A stretch of DNA of 62,417 nt, counting the filler, from Pirum gemmata (taxonomy: Eukaryota): NCBI GenBank assembly GCA_002812295.1. It is 8 parts of 8 records of this genome, joined end to end, with 100 filler letters (N's around TTAATTAATTAA, not from the genome) between each part and the next. Parts side by side here need not be neighbours in the genome. Positions count along the whole stretch, not along the records: positions 7,876 to 16,139 come from PDIN01000120.1; positions 16,240 to 23,859 come from PDIN01000121.1; positions 23,960 to 31,576 come from PDIN01000122.1; 5 more parts are not named here. The stretch is one strand, 5' to 3'. How positions within the stretch are numbered: the stretch's first letter is position 1; every line of letters begins with the position of its first letter. The position numbers were made by a program, and so were the translations under genes. Below the pieces are notes generated by a model that searched no databases, was not told the DNA's origin, and worked only from the letters and a program-made list of their open reading frames with translations. This document shows positions 11,831 through 24,154 of this stretch, piece after piece.

Positions 11831-12221
11831 AGAAAATAAATAACTCAAAATCAAGAATAACTTGCTTTAATTCAATAAATAAATAAATAAAATGAAATAT
11901 CAATAAATAAAAAATAAAAAATAAAAATAAAAAAGGAAATAATAATAATAAGAATAATAATAATAATAAACAAAAAAAGAATAAAAAGAATAAAAAGAAC
12001 AAGAATAAAAAAAACTAAGAAATAAAAATCTAGAATAAAAATGGAAAAAGGAAAAAAAAACAAAAATTTAATTTAATAATAATAGACCACCTCTAAAACT
12101 ACCTCTAAAAAATGAAAAAAAATATCATAGACCTAACAGTTTCTATCAATATTATTAAAAAATAATATTATGATAATTCAAGTAATAATAAATATAGAGA
12201 ATCATGATCTAAATAATGTGA

Positions 12222-12406
12222 TGCAGGTCGATATACTGTCGATATGATTAAATCGATTCGAATAAATATTTATCGAGCCAAACCAACTTTTTCGAGCCTA
12301 AATAGGAATATAATCGAGTTGATTTTTAATAATTTATCATCCAAATATCGATTCGAATATTTTCAATAAATGTTTGAGTTCGAATATGTGTTCGAATCGA
12401 CCTGTA
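12222..12406. mobile_element. Solitary MITE-like element with CAGGTCGAT TIRs, rich in TCGA
   Basis: tg-caggtcgat ... ttcgaatcgacctg-ta; many internal TCGA motifs. Confidence 0.6.
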
Positions 12407-12509
12407 TTTATTTATTTATTTATTTATTTTATTTAATTATTTTATTTATTTTATTTATTTATTTATTTTATTTATTGATCAAAGTTAATTATTAACAATG
12501 TTTGACTCT

Positions 12510-14284
12510 TCATGTAACTTTCATGATATCCCCTTTACTATCGATATCAGATAACAAACCGTCCAAAGCGTTAATCAGACTTACCTCCAACGTATCCACT
12601 TGTACATTAAAATTAAATTCATTTGTATTTTCATTTTCACACTTATTGCTTGTAATGCTATCATTAGAATTGTTATTGTTGAACTGCTTTTTACCAGCAT
12701 AAGGCGCTGGTATTCCTGGTGGTGGTCTTCTTCTCATCGTACGTATGTTAGTTGAGGGTGATGTTGGTGTAGACTGTGAAATTATCTGTGTTTTGTGATC
12801 TGACGAAATCTCGTCTGACTGCATTTCTAATTGTTTAATGATTTCTTGATTAGTAGCATCTAAACTACTTATATCGATTAGGTTGCGTGAAGTCCATTTG
12901 TTACTTAGATTTTCGGTAGAGAAACGCACCGGTCCAGATATATCCTCAGAGTTTAGTAAGTTCGGTGTGGATTTTCTAGTCGCCGATTTTGGTGTTTTCC
13001 TAGTACATGCGTTATCACTGCCGTCATTAATTGCTGAAGTGGAGAAAGAAGAAATGTCTGGTTTTCCAGCCATGCGATCACGTTTTGTTGACAAATGGCG
13101 TTTAATCATGCTTCCCGGTGAACTCTTTTTACGGCTATCCGATTGGGTTAGATATGTAGGATTGCAGGAACGAGTTCTTTGGCGTGCCTCATCAACCTCT
13201 AAAGCTCCATTCTCATTATCATCACTTAGCTCATCACCATCACCAGGATTATCGTGGCAATCATTACTGTTTAATTCATGAACATTATCAGTGCTGAAGG
13301 AATTAAAGTCTCTAGCAAGGGTTAATCCTTTTTGAGATTTTCGTCGCAATAAAGTAGAAAATTCTTTCACCTTGCTGTTCTTTTTTCTGTCTTCGGCATC
13401 ATCACCATTATTCCCTTCATTAGGGACTTTTTTATCATTACTCTCTATCTCTTGTCTTTCATAATCATTTAGGGCGATCTCTTCGAGACTTGCAGAACGC
13501 CTCCGCGTAGATTCGTTTAAAACACTCAATTCATCCCCACTAGTATCATCATCTTTAAAATTTGTTGGTATTTTTTTCAGAGTTCCGCGTTTTATAGATA
13601 TTTTTCTTTTTAGAGTTCCTTTGGAATTTCTTCTTTTTCGTGGTTTTTCTTCGATGCAACTGTCAAGATCACTTTCTTGTTCTAATGGTACGGTTGGAAG
13701 TTCGGTATCATTGCCACTGCCATTATTATTTATACCATTGCTGTTGCTATTATTGTTGTTCACTTTTTGTTTTGCCCTTTTATTTTTAGTTCTTACAGGA
13801 ACCACAGAAAAGGAATCATTTTCACTATCAGAATTATCGTATGTAAAATACTCTCCTGAATCACTTAACGCACCTCGATCTCTATCTCTTTCATGATTAA
13901 AATTACTATTATTTTTACTATCCGAAAAATCTTCACAATCATCTGTGCTAAATAAAACACCACTCTTTTCAGTTTCATGAAGAGATTCATTTGAACAGCT
14001 GCCCAAACTACCTTTAAATGGTGGTTCTTCACTTTTCCTTTTATTGAGCTTTTTGCGGAGAGTGTTATAATTATTATTCATACGACCCGATGATTTAATG
14101 TTTAAATCCTCTACATCTTTGAGGTCTTTGTTGTGGGAATGTTCTAAATCACTGGCTGTAAAAGCTGCTTTTTGGTTAGCGCCTTTAGTAGCATGTTTGA
14201 CAGATGCACCAGACCAAGTCGATCGTTTTCTTTTTTTGCTTTTCTTTTTCTCTATATTGATAGGGTTGGAGTGTAGTGGGTTAA

Positions 14285-14367
<83 letters not shown>

Positions 14368-15108
14368 AAACAAAAAAATACAAAACAATTTTACGACATA
14401 TATATAACTCAATGAAGTATCAAAACAGCAAAAATAAAAGTAGTGATGATAAAAATCAAGATAAACAACAGCAGCATATGGAATATAACATTTAAGACAA
14501 AAATAATTGCAATACCATCATCCTTTTTGAAATTTTCTTGCAATATAAATTTATCTCTGATGAGCATATATCTCGTAAGGCAGTCTGTTTTCAAAAGGTT
14601 GTATATCTTTATATTTATAATTATTCATAAAAAAAGCAAATAGAAATTAGAATTTTAAAATAATATATTATCATAACTTAATTAAGGAAATTGAATAGCT
14701 GTGTTTATTTGATATAGACAATAAAAAACTGGTCATATCTAACAACAAATATTTTGAAAAAACAACACGAAGAAAACAAATACAAAAGTTAAAATAAATA
14801 CTGTAAAACGAAATAAAGTTGTTACATGAAGCTAAATTAACCAAAACAAAAAATCCAAATAAAATCAGACCAAACCAAATCAAATCAAATATAATTTAAG
14901 AACACATCAAAGACCACGAAAGTATATTTTTACCTTTTTCTGAGCTAAGTCGAAAATTTCGAAATCGATTTCCATATCGTCTATACTTTTCAATACCTTT
15001 TTTCTCGTAGTATTATCAATATTTGCTTCACAGTGACTTCCGGGCTGTATATATGACTTTGATAAGGCTTGGGCCATTCTGTTGATGACATCTTGATTAT
15101 CCAATGTC
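12510..15108 (-). CDS. RGS-domain protein with long disordered C-terminal tail; exons 15108-14934, 14606-14516, 14251-12510; 5' part incomplete (candidate exons 16101-16012, 15781-15750)
   Basis: Joined exons read AQALSKSYIQPGSHCEANIDNTTRKKV...IFDLAQKK|IYNLLKTDCLTRYM, the C-terminal half of an RGS domain. AG/GT junctions keep frame into the 523-aa ORF. Confidence 0.85.
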
Positions 15109-15264
15109 CTAATTATTTTTTTTTAAAAATTGTTTTTTTAAAAAAAAAACAAAAAAAAAAGGATTAAAATTGAATTATTAGTACTCTTGCTATTGTTTTA
15201 TTTTCAAAATTACTATTAGTGTTGCTCCGGTAGTAATTCCAAGTTATATCGTATTTGTACTGTT

Positions 15265-15551
15265 TTAATGTTGTAGTGTTGTAGTGTTGTATTGTTGTAT
15301 TTTTGTATTGTGGTATTGTTGTATTGTATTTTAGTGTTGTATTGTTGTATTGTTGTATTGTTGTATTGTTGTATTGTTGCATTGTTGCATTGTTGCATTG
15401 TTTCATTGTTGTATTGTTTCATTGCTGTATTGTTGTATTGCTGTATTGTTGTATTGTTGTATTGTTGTATTGCTGAATTGTTGTATTGCTGTATTGTTGC
15501 ATTGCTGTATTGTTATATTGTTGTATTGTTGTATTGTTGTATTTTTGTATT
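15265..15551 (+). repeat. Intronic (ATTGTTGT)n 8-mer satellite
   Basis: Direct read; ends at a single-N gap. Confidence 0.95.
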
Positions 15552-16139
15552 NAAACAAATAGATAAATAAATAAAAAAACAAATATATATATATATATAT
15601 ACAAATAAACACACAAATGGTAAATAAATAAATAATATATATATAACAAATAAATAAAAGAAATAAAATACACTAAATAAATAAAAAATAAAATAAAATA
15701 AATAAAGAAAAAAAAAGAAAAAAATATAAGTAAAATTGCGATTTCTTACACGGTTATATAATGCTTGATCTCCATCGAAACCTGGGATATAAAATAATAC
15801 ACGTTTAACATTTATTTTATTAATAAGGTTTGTTATTATCAGTATAATAATAATAATAATTCAACAAACAAGCAAATGAAAGAGTTGAGTTATATAAAGC
15901 AATACATATCTGAATAAATAAAATAAATAAAATGTCGAAGAGTGAAGAACAGCAATAACAACCATAACCACAACAAGTACAAATGTCTATTATATTGTTT
16001 ATTTTGTTTACCCTTTGCAGCAATTTCATGTACATTTCTATGTTGTTTGTAAACAAAAGAAGAGTGGAAAAGTTTCCGTTTGCTTGGACATTTCATTACA
16101 ACTGAAAACATATTTATCTCTTTATTATTATTATTATTA

Positions 16140-16239
16140 NNNNNNNNNNNNNNNNNNNNNNNNNNNNNNNNNNNNNNNNNNNNTTAATTAATTAANNNNN
16201 NNNNNNNNNNNNNNNNNNNNNNNNNNNNNNNNNNNNNNN
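16140..16239. other. Artificial contig-joining spacer
   Basis: N44-TTAATTAATTAA-N44. Confidence 0.97.
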
Positions 16240-16371
16240 TAATAATAAATTAAAATAATAATAATGATGATGATGATGATAAATTTAAATAAATAAATAA
16301 ACAAGAGGGGAAAAAAGAGGGAGAAAAAGAGAGAAGGGGGATGGAAGATCATTTTCATTTCTATTCAATAC

Positions 16372-18307
16372 CAAGCTCCACTTCATCATTGACGCAATTT
16401 ATAATATCAGCTATTTTTTCTTCTTCAGTTCTATCATCGTCTTGCTGAACCATTTAAGTGACGATGGCAAAAGAAAAATATTAAAACAGTATAACAAAAT
16501 TTAAAAAAATAATAATGAAACAAAATGAAAAATTAATACCGATACACATTGTTCAAGGGCAGAAATAATTTTAAAAAGTAATTCTCTTTCTGGGCTAAAC
16601 TTTGCTCGAATCATATCATTGGTAATAAACACCATAGAAAGAGGAAAAAAAACGAAAACTGAAATGTTAAAAGGGTGCAGTGGTGGTGGTGATGATGTTG
16701 TGTGTTGTTTGTGTGTGTGTGTGTGTGTGTGTGGATGGGAGAAGGCTTACCCAAATAGTCCGCTTTTGCTTCACAGCATCTGTTTTGCCAGTTAAATTAG
16801 CAAGTCGGCTAGCAAAATCGCCACCAGAACTACCGCTAGCTGAGTTAGAGTTATCATTCGAATTCGCATCATTCTGGGCTTTAAGTTTATTTAATCTTTT
16901 TGTAACCTCGTCCTCCGTATTACTAAGAAGAAGAAAAATCAATAACCAATAATGATGATGTAATAACATAACAAATAATAATAATAACAATAAGTTTGAT
17001 GTAATATGATAAACAATAATAATAATAATACCAACGCTAATACTAACAATAATAATAGCATAATAATACTATACTGATAATAATAATACAATAAGAAAAA
17101 ATTGTGTTAATAACACTACAAAAGATGGTGGTTGAACAACTATTACGTGCCACAACGTGAGCTGCTGGGTTTAACTTGTGGGATTTGTTTACTTCTGCGT
17201 GGAGGGACAACAAAATCGGTATTCTTATTCCTCATGGGTGAGAGAGGCAAGCCGCTCGCTTTAGATTTCATTTAATAAACATTAATTTAAGAGAAGGGAG
17301 TAGGGTGAGTTAGACAACAACAGGATTTAAAAAAATGATTGTGACAGATTAATAATAAAACTGCTATCGATATAAAATACCAGTATAAAAATTGCAAAAA
17401 CGAATTTTTATTTTTTTTACCTTGCTTCTATAATAAATGGTAATGCCATCATTTCATTAGATTTATCATTATTAGCATCGCTGTTATTTGTTATTAGCAT
17501 TATTATTATTATTGTTATCATTATTTATTATTATTATTATTATTATCAGTATAGTCATACGCAAAAATACCTTACGTACAAAACAATATTAGGCAAAAAA
17601 GAGATGTTTAACCAGATAGTGATATTAAGGTGTAACTCATTTGAAAAATAATATTTCTGTTTTGTTCTTGTTCTGGTTTTATTATTATTATTATTTATTT
17701 GAAAAATACCTGGTCGGCTGTCATAATCCTTATTAAACAGAGGGTCCGTCGTTTTACTCATTTCTGAAGTTATAGATAAACACAAGATATATATAAATAA
17801 CATATATAAGCAACATTTCACCATACACAGATTTGCATACATATTCTACTACTGACTCCTATTACCCTTACAAATTATGCCAAATAAAAAATGATAACAA
17901 AACAAAACAAAACAAGATCATATCAGCGTGAAATACAAGTACGATTCAATTTTTGTTCAATCATGAACTCCAGTTTTCGTGCCTCTTCATCAGCTTTCTT
18001 TTGTGCGTCATTTTTCTTTCTATTTTGCGCACTACAGAAAAATATATATTGATAAATTAAATAAACAATAACAATAACAATAGGAATAGAAATAAGAATT
18101 AAGAAATACTAGGTGGTGCTAGTGGTTAGTAGAATAGTAGTAGCTAGTAGTTAATACATAGTATAAATATTAGTGGTTAAATAAGGATATACTTTGTTAT
18201 ATCTTGAAGGCAAAGCGCGCAAACTTCATTTTTCAATTTCTCATTTGATAAAAAAGAAGCTGCTTTTAAACAATTCTTGCAGACCGATTTTCTACAACGT
18301 TTGCACT

Positions 18308-18349
<42 letters not shown>

Positions 18350-18796
18350 AAGTAGTTATTATTACCGATAAAATTGTCAGAAGTGATGCTTTTAAGAATT
18401 TATGATAACAAGTAAATAAAGACAGCATTTCAATATTAAAAATAATAAAATGGTTAAAAAACTTGCAACTAAGTTGAGAAACTGTGGAGTTAAAATTGTA
18501 AGGCCAGTTTTTAATATATTTTTACTTAAATTTTGGACAGCTACTATGGGAGGCACACTTTTATGGTCGTTTAAAGTTGGTAAAAAGAAATTAGAAACAT
18601 AAAGTGCTTAATTTAATAAATTGTCTACTTTGAATCCCTTATTAAGTTGTTATTAAAGCTGAAGTTACTGATAAATCCATAAATAAATAATATTTCAAAT
18701 AAATTTCAACTACATATAATATAAACACTTGGGGATGTTAAAGCATACCTCTTTATTTTTTTTATCAAACTCTTTGAAACAGATATTACAACTCAT
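16372..18796 (-). CDS. ZFYVE19: ZFYVE19/ANCHR-like FYVE-type zinc-finger protein; exons 18796-18749, 18311-18193, 18031-17943, 17763-17710, 17258-17147, 16922-16751, 16444-16372; 3' end cut by contig end
   Basis: MSCNICFKEFDKKNKE|LECKRCRKSVCKNCL...VCALC is an atypical FYVE at the N-terminus. EDEVTKRLNKLK, FASRLANL and DDRTEEEKIADIINCVNDEVEL resemble ANCHR motifs. All junctions are GT-AG and phase-compatible. Confidence 0.7.
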
Positions 18797-18858
18797 ACTT
18801 TTATCTTACCGAAACTTGTATTATGGGCACAAGAAAGGTAGTTGTAGTAGTAACGGTT

Positions 18859-18958
18859 GGAAGAAGTGGAAGAAGTGGAAGAAGTGGAAGTAGTGGAAGT
18901 AGTGGAAGTAGTGGAAGTAGTGGAAGTAGTGGAAGTAGTGGAAGTAGTGGAAGTAGTG
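18859..18958 (+). repeat. (GGAAGTAGT)n 9-mer array just upstream of the ZFYVE19-like ATG
   Basis: Direct read, ~11 units. Confidence 0.95.
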
Positions 18959-19383
18959 GGGGGGGCACTGAGTCTCACAGATAGTATGATAGAAGAAGTG
19001 TAGTCTTCAAGTAGTCTAGACCAAAAGTTTTCTTAGTGTTTTTTTCTATCATAGTCTATCATACAAAAATTTTATAATAAGCATCATACATGATACAACC
19101 GAAACAAAAAGGGGCCTATCTATGCTCCAATCTATGCTCTACTACAGTGCTCTACTATCAATGATACTCGTAGCTGTAGCTATGATAGCTAGCTAGACTA
19201 GCTGGCTAGCTGGCCAAAGAGGGTCGACCTGTTTCTCAACCTCTAAAAAGTTTAAATCTTGGAAGGCTGAATCAAGGACTTTTGAAATCCTTGGCTGAAT
19301 CCAAACTAGAGTTACTAGACTCCTCTTAATTCAAACTGGACTCAGTAAATCCAAAACTAGACTGCTCTGAATCAAAACTACAT

Positions 19384-19534
19384 CAATCTTTAATTTGGTA
19401 CTGTTTAAGTATATAATTGAAGTTTTTTATAAAATACAATATTAAATATAAATTACCAAATTAATTAAAAAATGTCCGATAGTTTAACCATAATAATAAT
19501 TTGGTATGTTTACTTCAGTTTTTGAACTGAATAC
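19384..19534 (-). mobile_element. MITE family B, internal part
   Basis: caatctttaatttggtactgtttaagt...cagtttttgaactg. Confidence 0.85.
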
Positions 19535-19588
19535 TCTAGCTACTAGTCTAGCTAGCTAGGGATAACACTAGCTAGAGTCTATTGAAAA

Positions 19589-19823
19589 AGGAGGGGTGAG
19601 AACTCTTATGGCGAAATTTTTTGACCGAGGCACAAAGTAAATGTTGTTCGCCTGTTTCGCCTTACCATATTTAGTATTTATAATTATTTATTTAGTAGCT
19701 ACTTATTTAAGTAGTTACTTTAAAAAGAGTTTATTATACTATTTATAGTAACTTTAGGCAAATTTCTGGAAGTTCGCCGGTCCGAGCATCCAATTGGTAA
19801 GATGACGTCATCTCATCCCTCCT
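19589..19823 (+). mobile_element. MITE related to family C by its termini, different interior
   Basis: aggaggggtgaga ... atgacgtcatctcatccctcct. Confidence 0.7.
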
Positions 19824-19916
19824 ACTGTCTCTAGCTCTAGCTAGTAGTAGTAGCTATGATCGGCTGTCTAGCTAGCTAGCTAGTAAGTATGATAGAGCTT
19901 AGCAGCCCTAGCTAGC

Positions 19917-20103
19917 TATCGTGTTTTTCAATAGTGTTGTCCAGTTCAAAAACTGAAATTATTATTATGGCTAAACTATCAGACATGTTTTAATTAATTT
20001 GGTATTTTATACATAATATTTTATTTTATAAACAAGTTCAACTATACACTTAAACAGTACCAAATTAAAGAGTGAGGGCACAACTGTAATGAAATAGACG
20101 ATA
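19917..20103 (+). mobile_element. MITE family B, full length
   Basis: tatcgtgtttttca ... tgaaatagacgata (14-bp imperfect TIR). Confidence 0.9.
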
Positions 20104-20276
20104 GACTGTAGCTCTATGTTGCTCTATCCGATAACTAGCTATGATAGTAGCTAGCTAGCTGGTTAGTAGCCTATCTCTAGCTAGTGTGCAGCGGCGGGTC
20201 TATCCTAGCCAGATCCTAGCAAGCTAGCTAGCTAGCTAGTATCACATCGATAATACTCTACTAGCTAGACCGGACC

Positions 20277-20466
20277 TATCGTGTTTTTCAATAGTGCTGC
20301 CCACTTCAAAAACTGAAATAAGCTTACCAAATTATAATTAATTAGTCATGTTTTAATTAATTTGATATTTTATATAGTAATTTTATACTTATAAAAAAGT
20401 TCAATTATACAATTGAACGGTACCAAATTAAAGATAGAAAGAACAACTGTAATGAAATAGACGATA
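20277..20466 (+). mobile_element. MITE family B, full length
   Basis: Same termini as 19917-20103. Confidence 0.9.
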
Positions 20467-20502
20467 GTAATAGTTAGTAAACCCTACTACTACTAGTAGC
20501 TG

Positions 20503-20694
20503 TGTCGTGCATTTCATTTATTTGGTCACTCCGAATATTTATTTGATTTATTTGGAGGGTTATAATCTTTAAATTGACAATTTTAAATCAATAAACAGAT
20601 AACAAAATATACCAAATTAGATTAAATGAATTTATATTATATTAATTTGGAACTATTTATTGTATACTTTATATGATAATGACAAAGCACCATA
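20503..20694 (-). mobile_element. MITE family A
   Basis: gtgcatttcatttatttggtcact...atgacaaagcaccata. Confidence 0.85.
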
Positions 20695-20725
20695 GCCCTC
20701 TAGTAGCTAGTACTAGCAGCGTGGA

Positions 20726-20845
20726 CCTAACCTAACCCTAACCCTAACCCTAACCCTCTAACCCTAACCCTAAACCTAACCCTAACCCTAACCCTAACCC
20801 CTGAACCCTAACCCTGACCCTGACCCTAACCCTCACCCTAACCCT
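20726..20845 (-). repeat. Interstitial telomeric array (CCCTAA/CCCTGA)
   Basis: Direct read. Confidence 0.95.
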
Positions 20846-21144
20846 CTCAGTAGTCCTGAGTAGTAGCGAGTGAGTACTGAGTACAGTTAGTAGTAAATCG
20901 GTTTATTAGGACTTGATAAGGTAGGTAAATGGTCCAAAAAAGGGAAAGAAAATGAACAATCATTTTTTTATATAAAAAAAGAACCAATTAGCATTAGATT
21001 ATTGCTGAGATTTTGACTAGATTTTTCTAGGTAGATTTTGTACTTTTTTTGAAATTTTTATCACATGGAGGTCTAGCTAGACTCCAGCTAGTAGTATGAT
21101 ATCTACTAATAATAATATGTAGCTAGCAGGTGACTAGCTAGAGG

Positions 21145-21219
21145 TAACCCTAACCCTAACCCTAACCCTAACCCTAACCCTAACCCTAACCCTAACCCTA
21201 ACCCTAACCCTAACCCTAA
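21145..21219 (-). repeat. Perfect interstitial (CCCTAA)12 fused to a MITE-A end fragment
   Basis: Followed at once by gatgacaaaacaactgaaaagtactata. Confidence 0.95.
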
Positions 21220-22412
21220 GATGACAAAACAACTGAAAAGTACTATAATAGTCTATTCCCGTATAATATCGTCCTCTCGATCTTCAATGTCTGATATTTA
21301 TTTCAGTTTTTTGATATCATAAGTTCATAACACTATAGTCTAGCTAACAAGACTACCCTTGCTCTTATACTATGACATATCTACTAGTAGTGGATGGCCA
21401 GATACCAGAAAGACAACCAGGAGAACCAGCTAGAGAGCCAGACTGTTATTTCCTGGATATTATATACATATTATCGATCCTTTGATACATAATACTAATG
21501 ATCACAGACTAAATATGTAAAATTAAGTAAAAGTCTAGTTTGTTGGTAGAGACTAGCTAGAGTTTAGTTAGTATGTATATCAATAGTATCATATCACTAT
21601 CGTATCATAGCAGGACTCTGGTTCTGAAGAGTCTGAACTTATGAAGGGACCATCTAGCTCGTTGCGGGACCAATGCGGGTACTCTTCTAAAACTATGGCT
21701 GGCCATTGACTGGTCTATTTATAAATACCTACACAACGACTCTCTCTTCGGAAGTTTACATTCAGAGTTTACAATTGGGGTAACCTAGACCAAATTGGTT
21801 AAAAATTACCATATTGGTTAAAAATTACCAAATTGGTTTAAATTACCATTTTTTTTTTGTTTCTTTGGAAACTACTATCTAGAAACTCATCCTACTTTTT
21901 TTTTTTTTTTACTGTTTTCCTATATATAGACACTTTGTGTATAATAAACATGAATCGCCTGATGAATCGCCTGATGAATCGCCAGCCTACTTTTTTTTAT
22001 TTGATCCAATTACAGCGACTCGGATTCGGTCGGTTTTGAAGGGTCGTCGGATCGGATCGGTCGGGGTCGAGACTAAAATAGGAATCCGACTTTTTTTTGT
22101 CGGTCAGGAGCTCGAAATTTTTTTTTTAAAAAAAAGCTAATAGTTTTTTTTTTAAAAAAGTATTCAACAAGTATATTGATTTATTTATAAACCCGAAAAA
22201 TGGAAAAAATAATTTTCGCGGCTTTTTTTTTTTTTTGACAGCAGAAATTTGAGTTTTCGGGCTCAAGCAGAATTGGGGGCTAAGCTAGCTAGCTAGCTAG
22301 CTAGCTAGGGGGGGTAGCTAGCTAGTAGCTCTCTAAACTATGAAGAATTCATTGGTATAAAACAAAGAAAACTATGCATAGATACATAAAAAATATATTA
22401 TAATACTTCACA

Positions 22413-22648
22413 TAGTAGGGGTGAGATATCTACTGGAACTTTTTTCGAACAGATGCTTATCGAGCCAACCTTAGTTCCGTGTTCCTTACTAATAATAGCA
22501 GTTAAATAACTTAAAATAGTAAATCTAATTATAGTAGTTACCAATTAAAGTAATAATATTAACATTAATAGTAATAAAAACCATAAAAATCGGAAAAGTT
22601 CCGGCAGCTGTTCGGTAATAATAAAATGACGTCATCTCACCCCTACTA
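22413..22648 (+). mobile_element. MITE family C
   Basis: TIR tagtaggggtgagat / atctcacccctacta; near-identical copies at 45084, 48276, 59829. Confidence 0.92.
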
Positions 22649-22840
22649 ATGTTGTCCAGTTCAAAAACTGAAATAAACGTATTAATTAATACCAAATTAT
22701 TATTATGGTTTAACTATTAGACATGTTTTAATTAATTTGGTATTTTATACTTTAATGTTGTATTTCATAAATAAGTTCAATTATACACGTAAACAGTACC
22801 AAATTAAAGAATGAGAGGACAACTAATGAAATAGACGATT
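22649..22840 (+). mobile_element. MITE family B, left TIR replaced by the family C copy
   Basis: tgttgtccagttcaaaaactgaaa...tgaaatagacgat. Confidence 0.88.
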
Positions 22841-22873
22841 TTACGCTAATATAATTATAATTTATGAGTTATC

Positions 22874-23019
22874 AAAAGTACCAAATTAATATTATATAAA
22901 TCCATTTCATTTAATTTGGTATGTTATATTATTTATTTATTCATTTAAAAATGTCAACTTGAATATTATATCCGACCAAATAAATATTCAGAGTGACAAA
23001 ATAAATGAAAAGCACTATA
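22874..23019 (+). mobile_element. MITE family A, 5'-truncated
   Basis: agtaccaaattaat...gagtgacaaaataaatgaaaagcactata. Confidence 0.85.
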
Positions 23020-23058
23020 ATTATTTCTATCGATACAATTGTAGCTGTGTTTAGTAGC

Positions 23059-23213
23059 TATGATGCAAACAATCAAAAAACGTCCAAATTTTTTCAACTA
23101 ATTAAAAGTCCCATATGTTCGAAAATTTAAAACCTATTAAATACCTAGTGTATTACTTATGTTCGAAAACTGAAAATTCTAGTGAAACCCAAAAGTTGCG
23201 TTTTTGCACCATA
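23059..23213 (+). mobile_element. MITE family I (TIR TATGGTGCAAA-like)
   Basis: tatgatgcaaa...tttgcaccata; reverse copy at 40447-40630. Confidence 0.7.
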
Positions 23214-23365
23214 TCATTGTAGGGTTAGGGTTAGACAAATGGAAATGTTTGTTTTCTTTAGAAAGAGTGTTTGTTTGTTTGTAAACAAACAAATAGAAGT
23301 CAAATAGACTAGACCGAGACTATCATCTAGGACCTATCATTGAAACATGATTAGGAAACAATACT

Positions 23366-23481
23366 CCCTCAATCTTTAATTTGGTACTTTTTAAGTGCAT
23401 AATTAAACTTCTTTATAAAATACTAAATCAATTTTAAAACATGCCATTTCAGTTTTTGAACTGGACATCAGATTATTGAAA
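23366..23481 (-). mobile_element. MITE family B, internally deleted
   Basis: ctcaatctttaatttggtac...tttcagtttttgaactggaca. Confidence 0.75.
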
Positions 23482-23749
23482 CTAGCTCTACTAGTAGCTG
23501 CTGCAGTAGCAAAGTTTCGCACTAGTCTCGACTCGACAGTTTTCCCGCATCTCTGGACTGAGTCTCAGGATCTAAACTAGTAGCTAATAAGTCTAGCTAG
23601 TCTAAAGGAAAAGAAGTTTAAAGAACTTGCGAAAACTTTGCGAAACTTGATTCAAACTCATCAGGGACCGCGATTTTAAAAAAAGACTATGATATCTGAT
23701 AACTACTAACTAGCTAGCTCTAGCTAGTACCAGTATATCAGGTTACTGA

Positions 23750-23859
23750 GTTACGGCTGTGAGTTATGGGGTTACGGGGTTACGGGGTTTAGAATCTTTA
23801 GATTAGGAGTTACGGGGTTTAGATTAGGGGTTACGGGGTTTAGATTAGGGGTTAGGGGG
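23750..23859 (+). repeat. Telomere-variant array (TTACGGGG/TTAGGGG) at contig end
   Basis: gttacggggttacggggttt...agattaggggttaggggg. Confidence 0.75.
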
Positions 23860-23959
23860 NNNNNNNNNNNNNNNNNNNNNNNNNNNNNNNNNNNNNNNNN
23901 NNNTTAATTAATTAANNNNNNNNNNNNNNNNNNNNNNNNNNNNNNNNNNNNNNNNNNNN
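23860..23959. other. Artificial contig-joining spacer
   Basis: N44-TTAATTAATTAA-N44. Confidence 0.97.
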
Positions 23960-24154
23960 GTAAGTGATTTTTTAGAACCGATTAACCAATGACAACAACA
24001 ACAATAATAATAATAATAATGATCATGATCATGATCATAATAATCATGTTGCTATAGCAGCTCCATAACCATAACCATAACCATAACCATAACCATAACC
24101 ATAACCATAACCATAAAATATGATAAATACTAACATTGTATTAATAATACATAC

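Noticed and set aside
12883..14415. Plus-strand ORFs
   Set aside because: Antisense shadows of the RGS gene's long exon
15164..15673. Overlapping Cys/Gln/Asn-rich ORFs
   Set aside because: Translations of an 8-bp intronic satellite
17225..17260. Non-canonical GA splice donor after an ERLASL-reading frame
   Set aside because: A different frame gives a fully canonical GT-AG exon (17258-17147)
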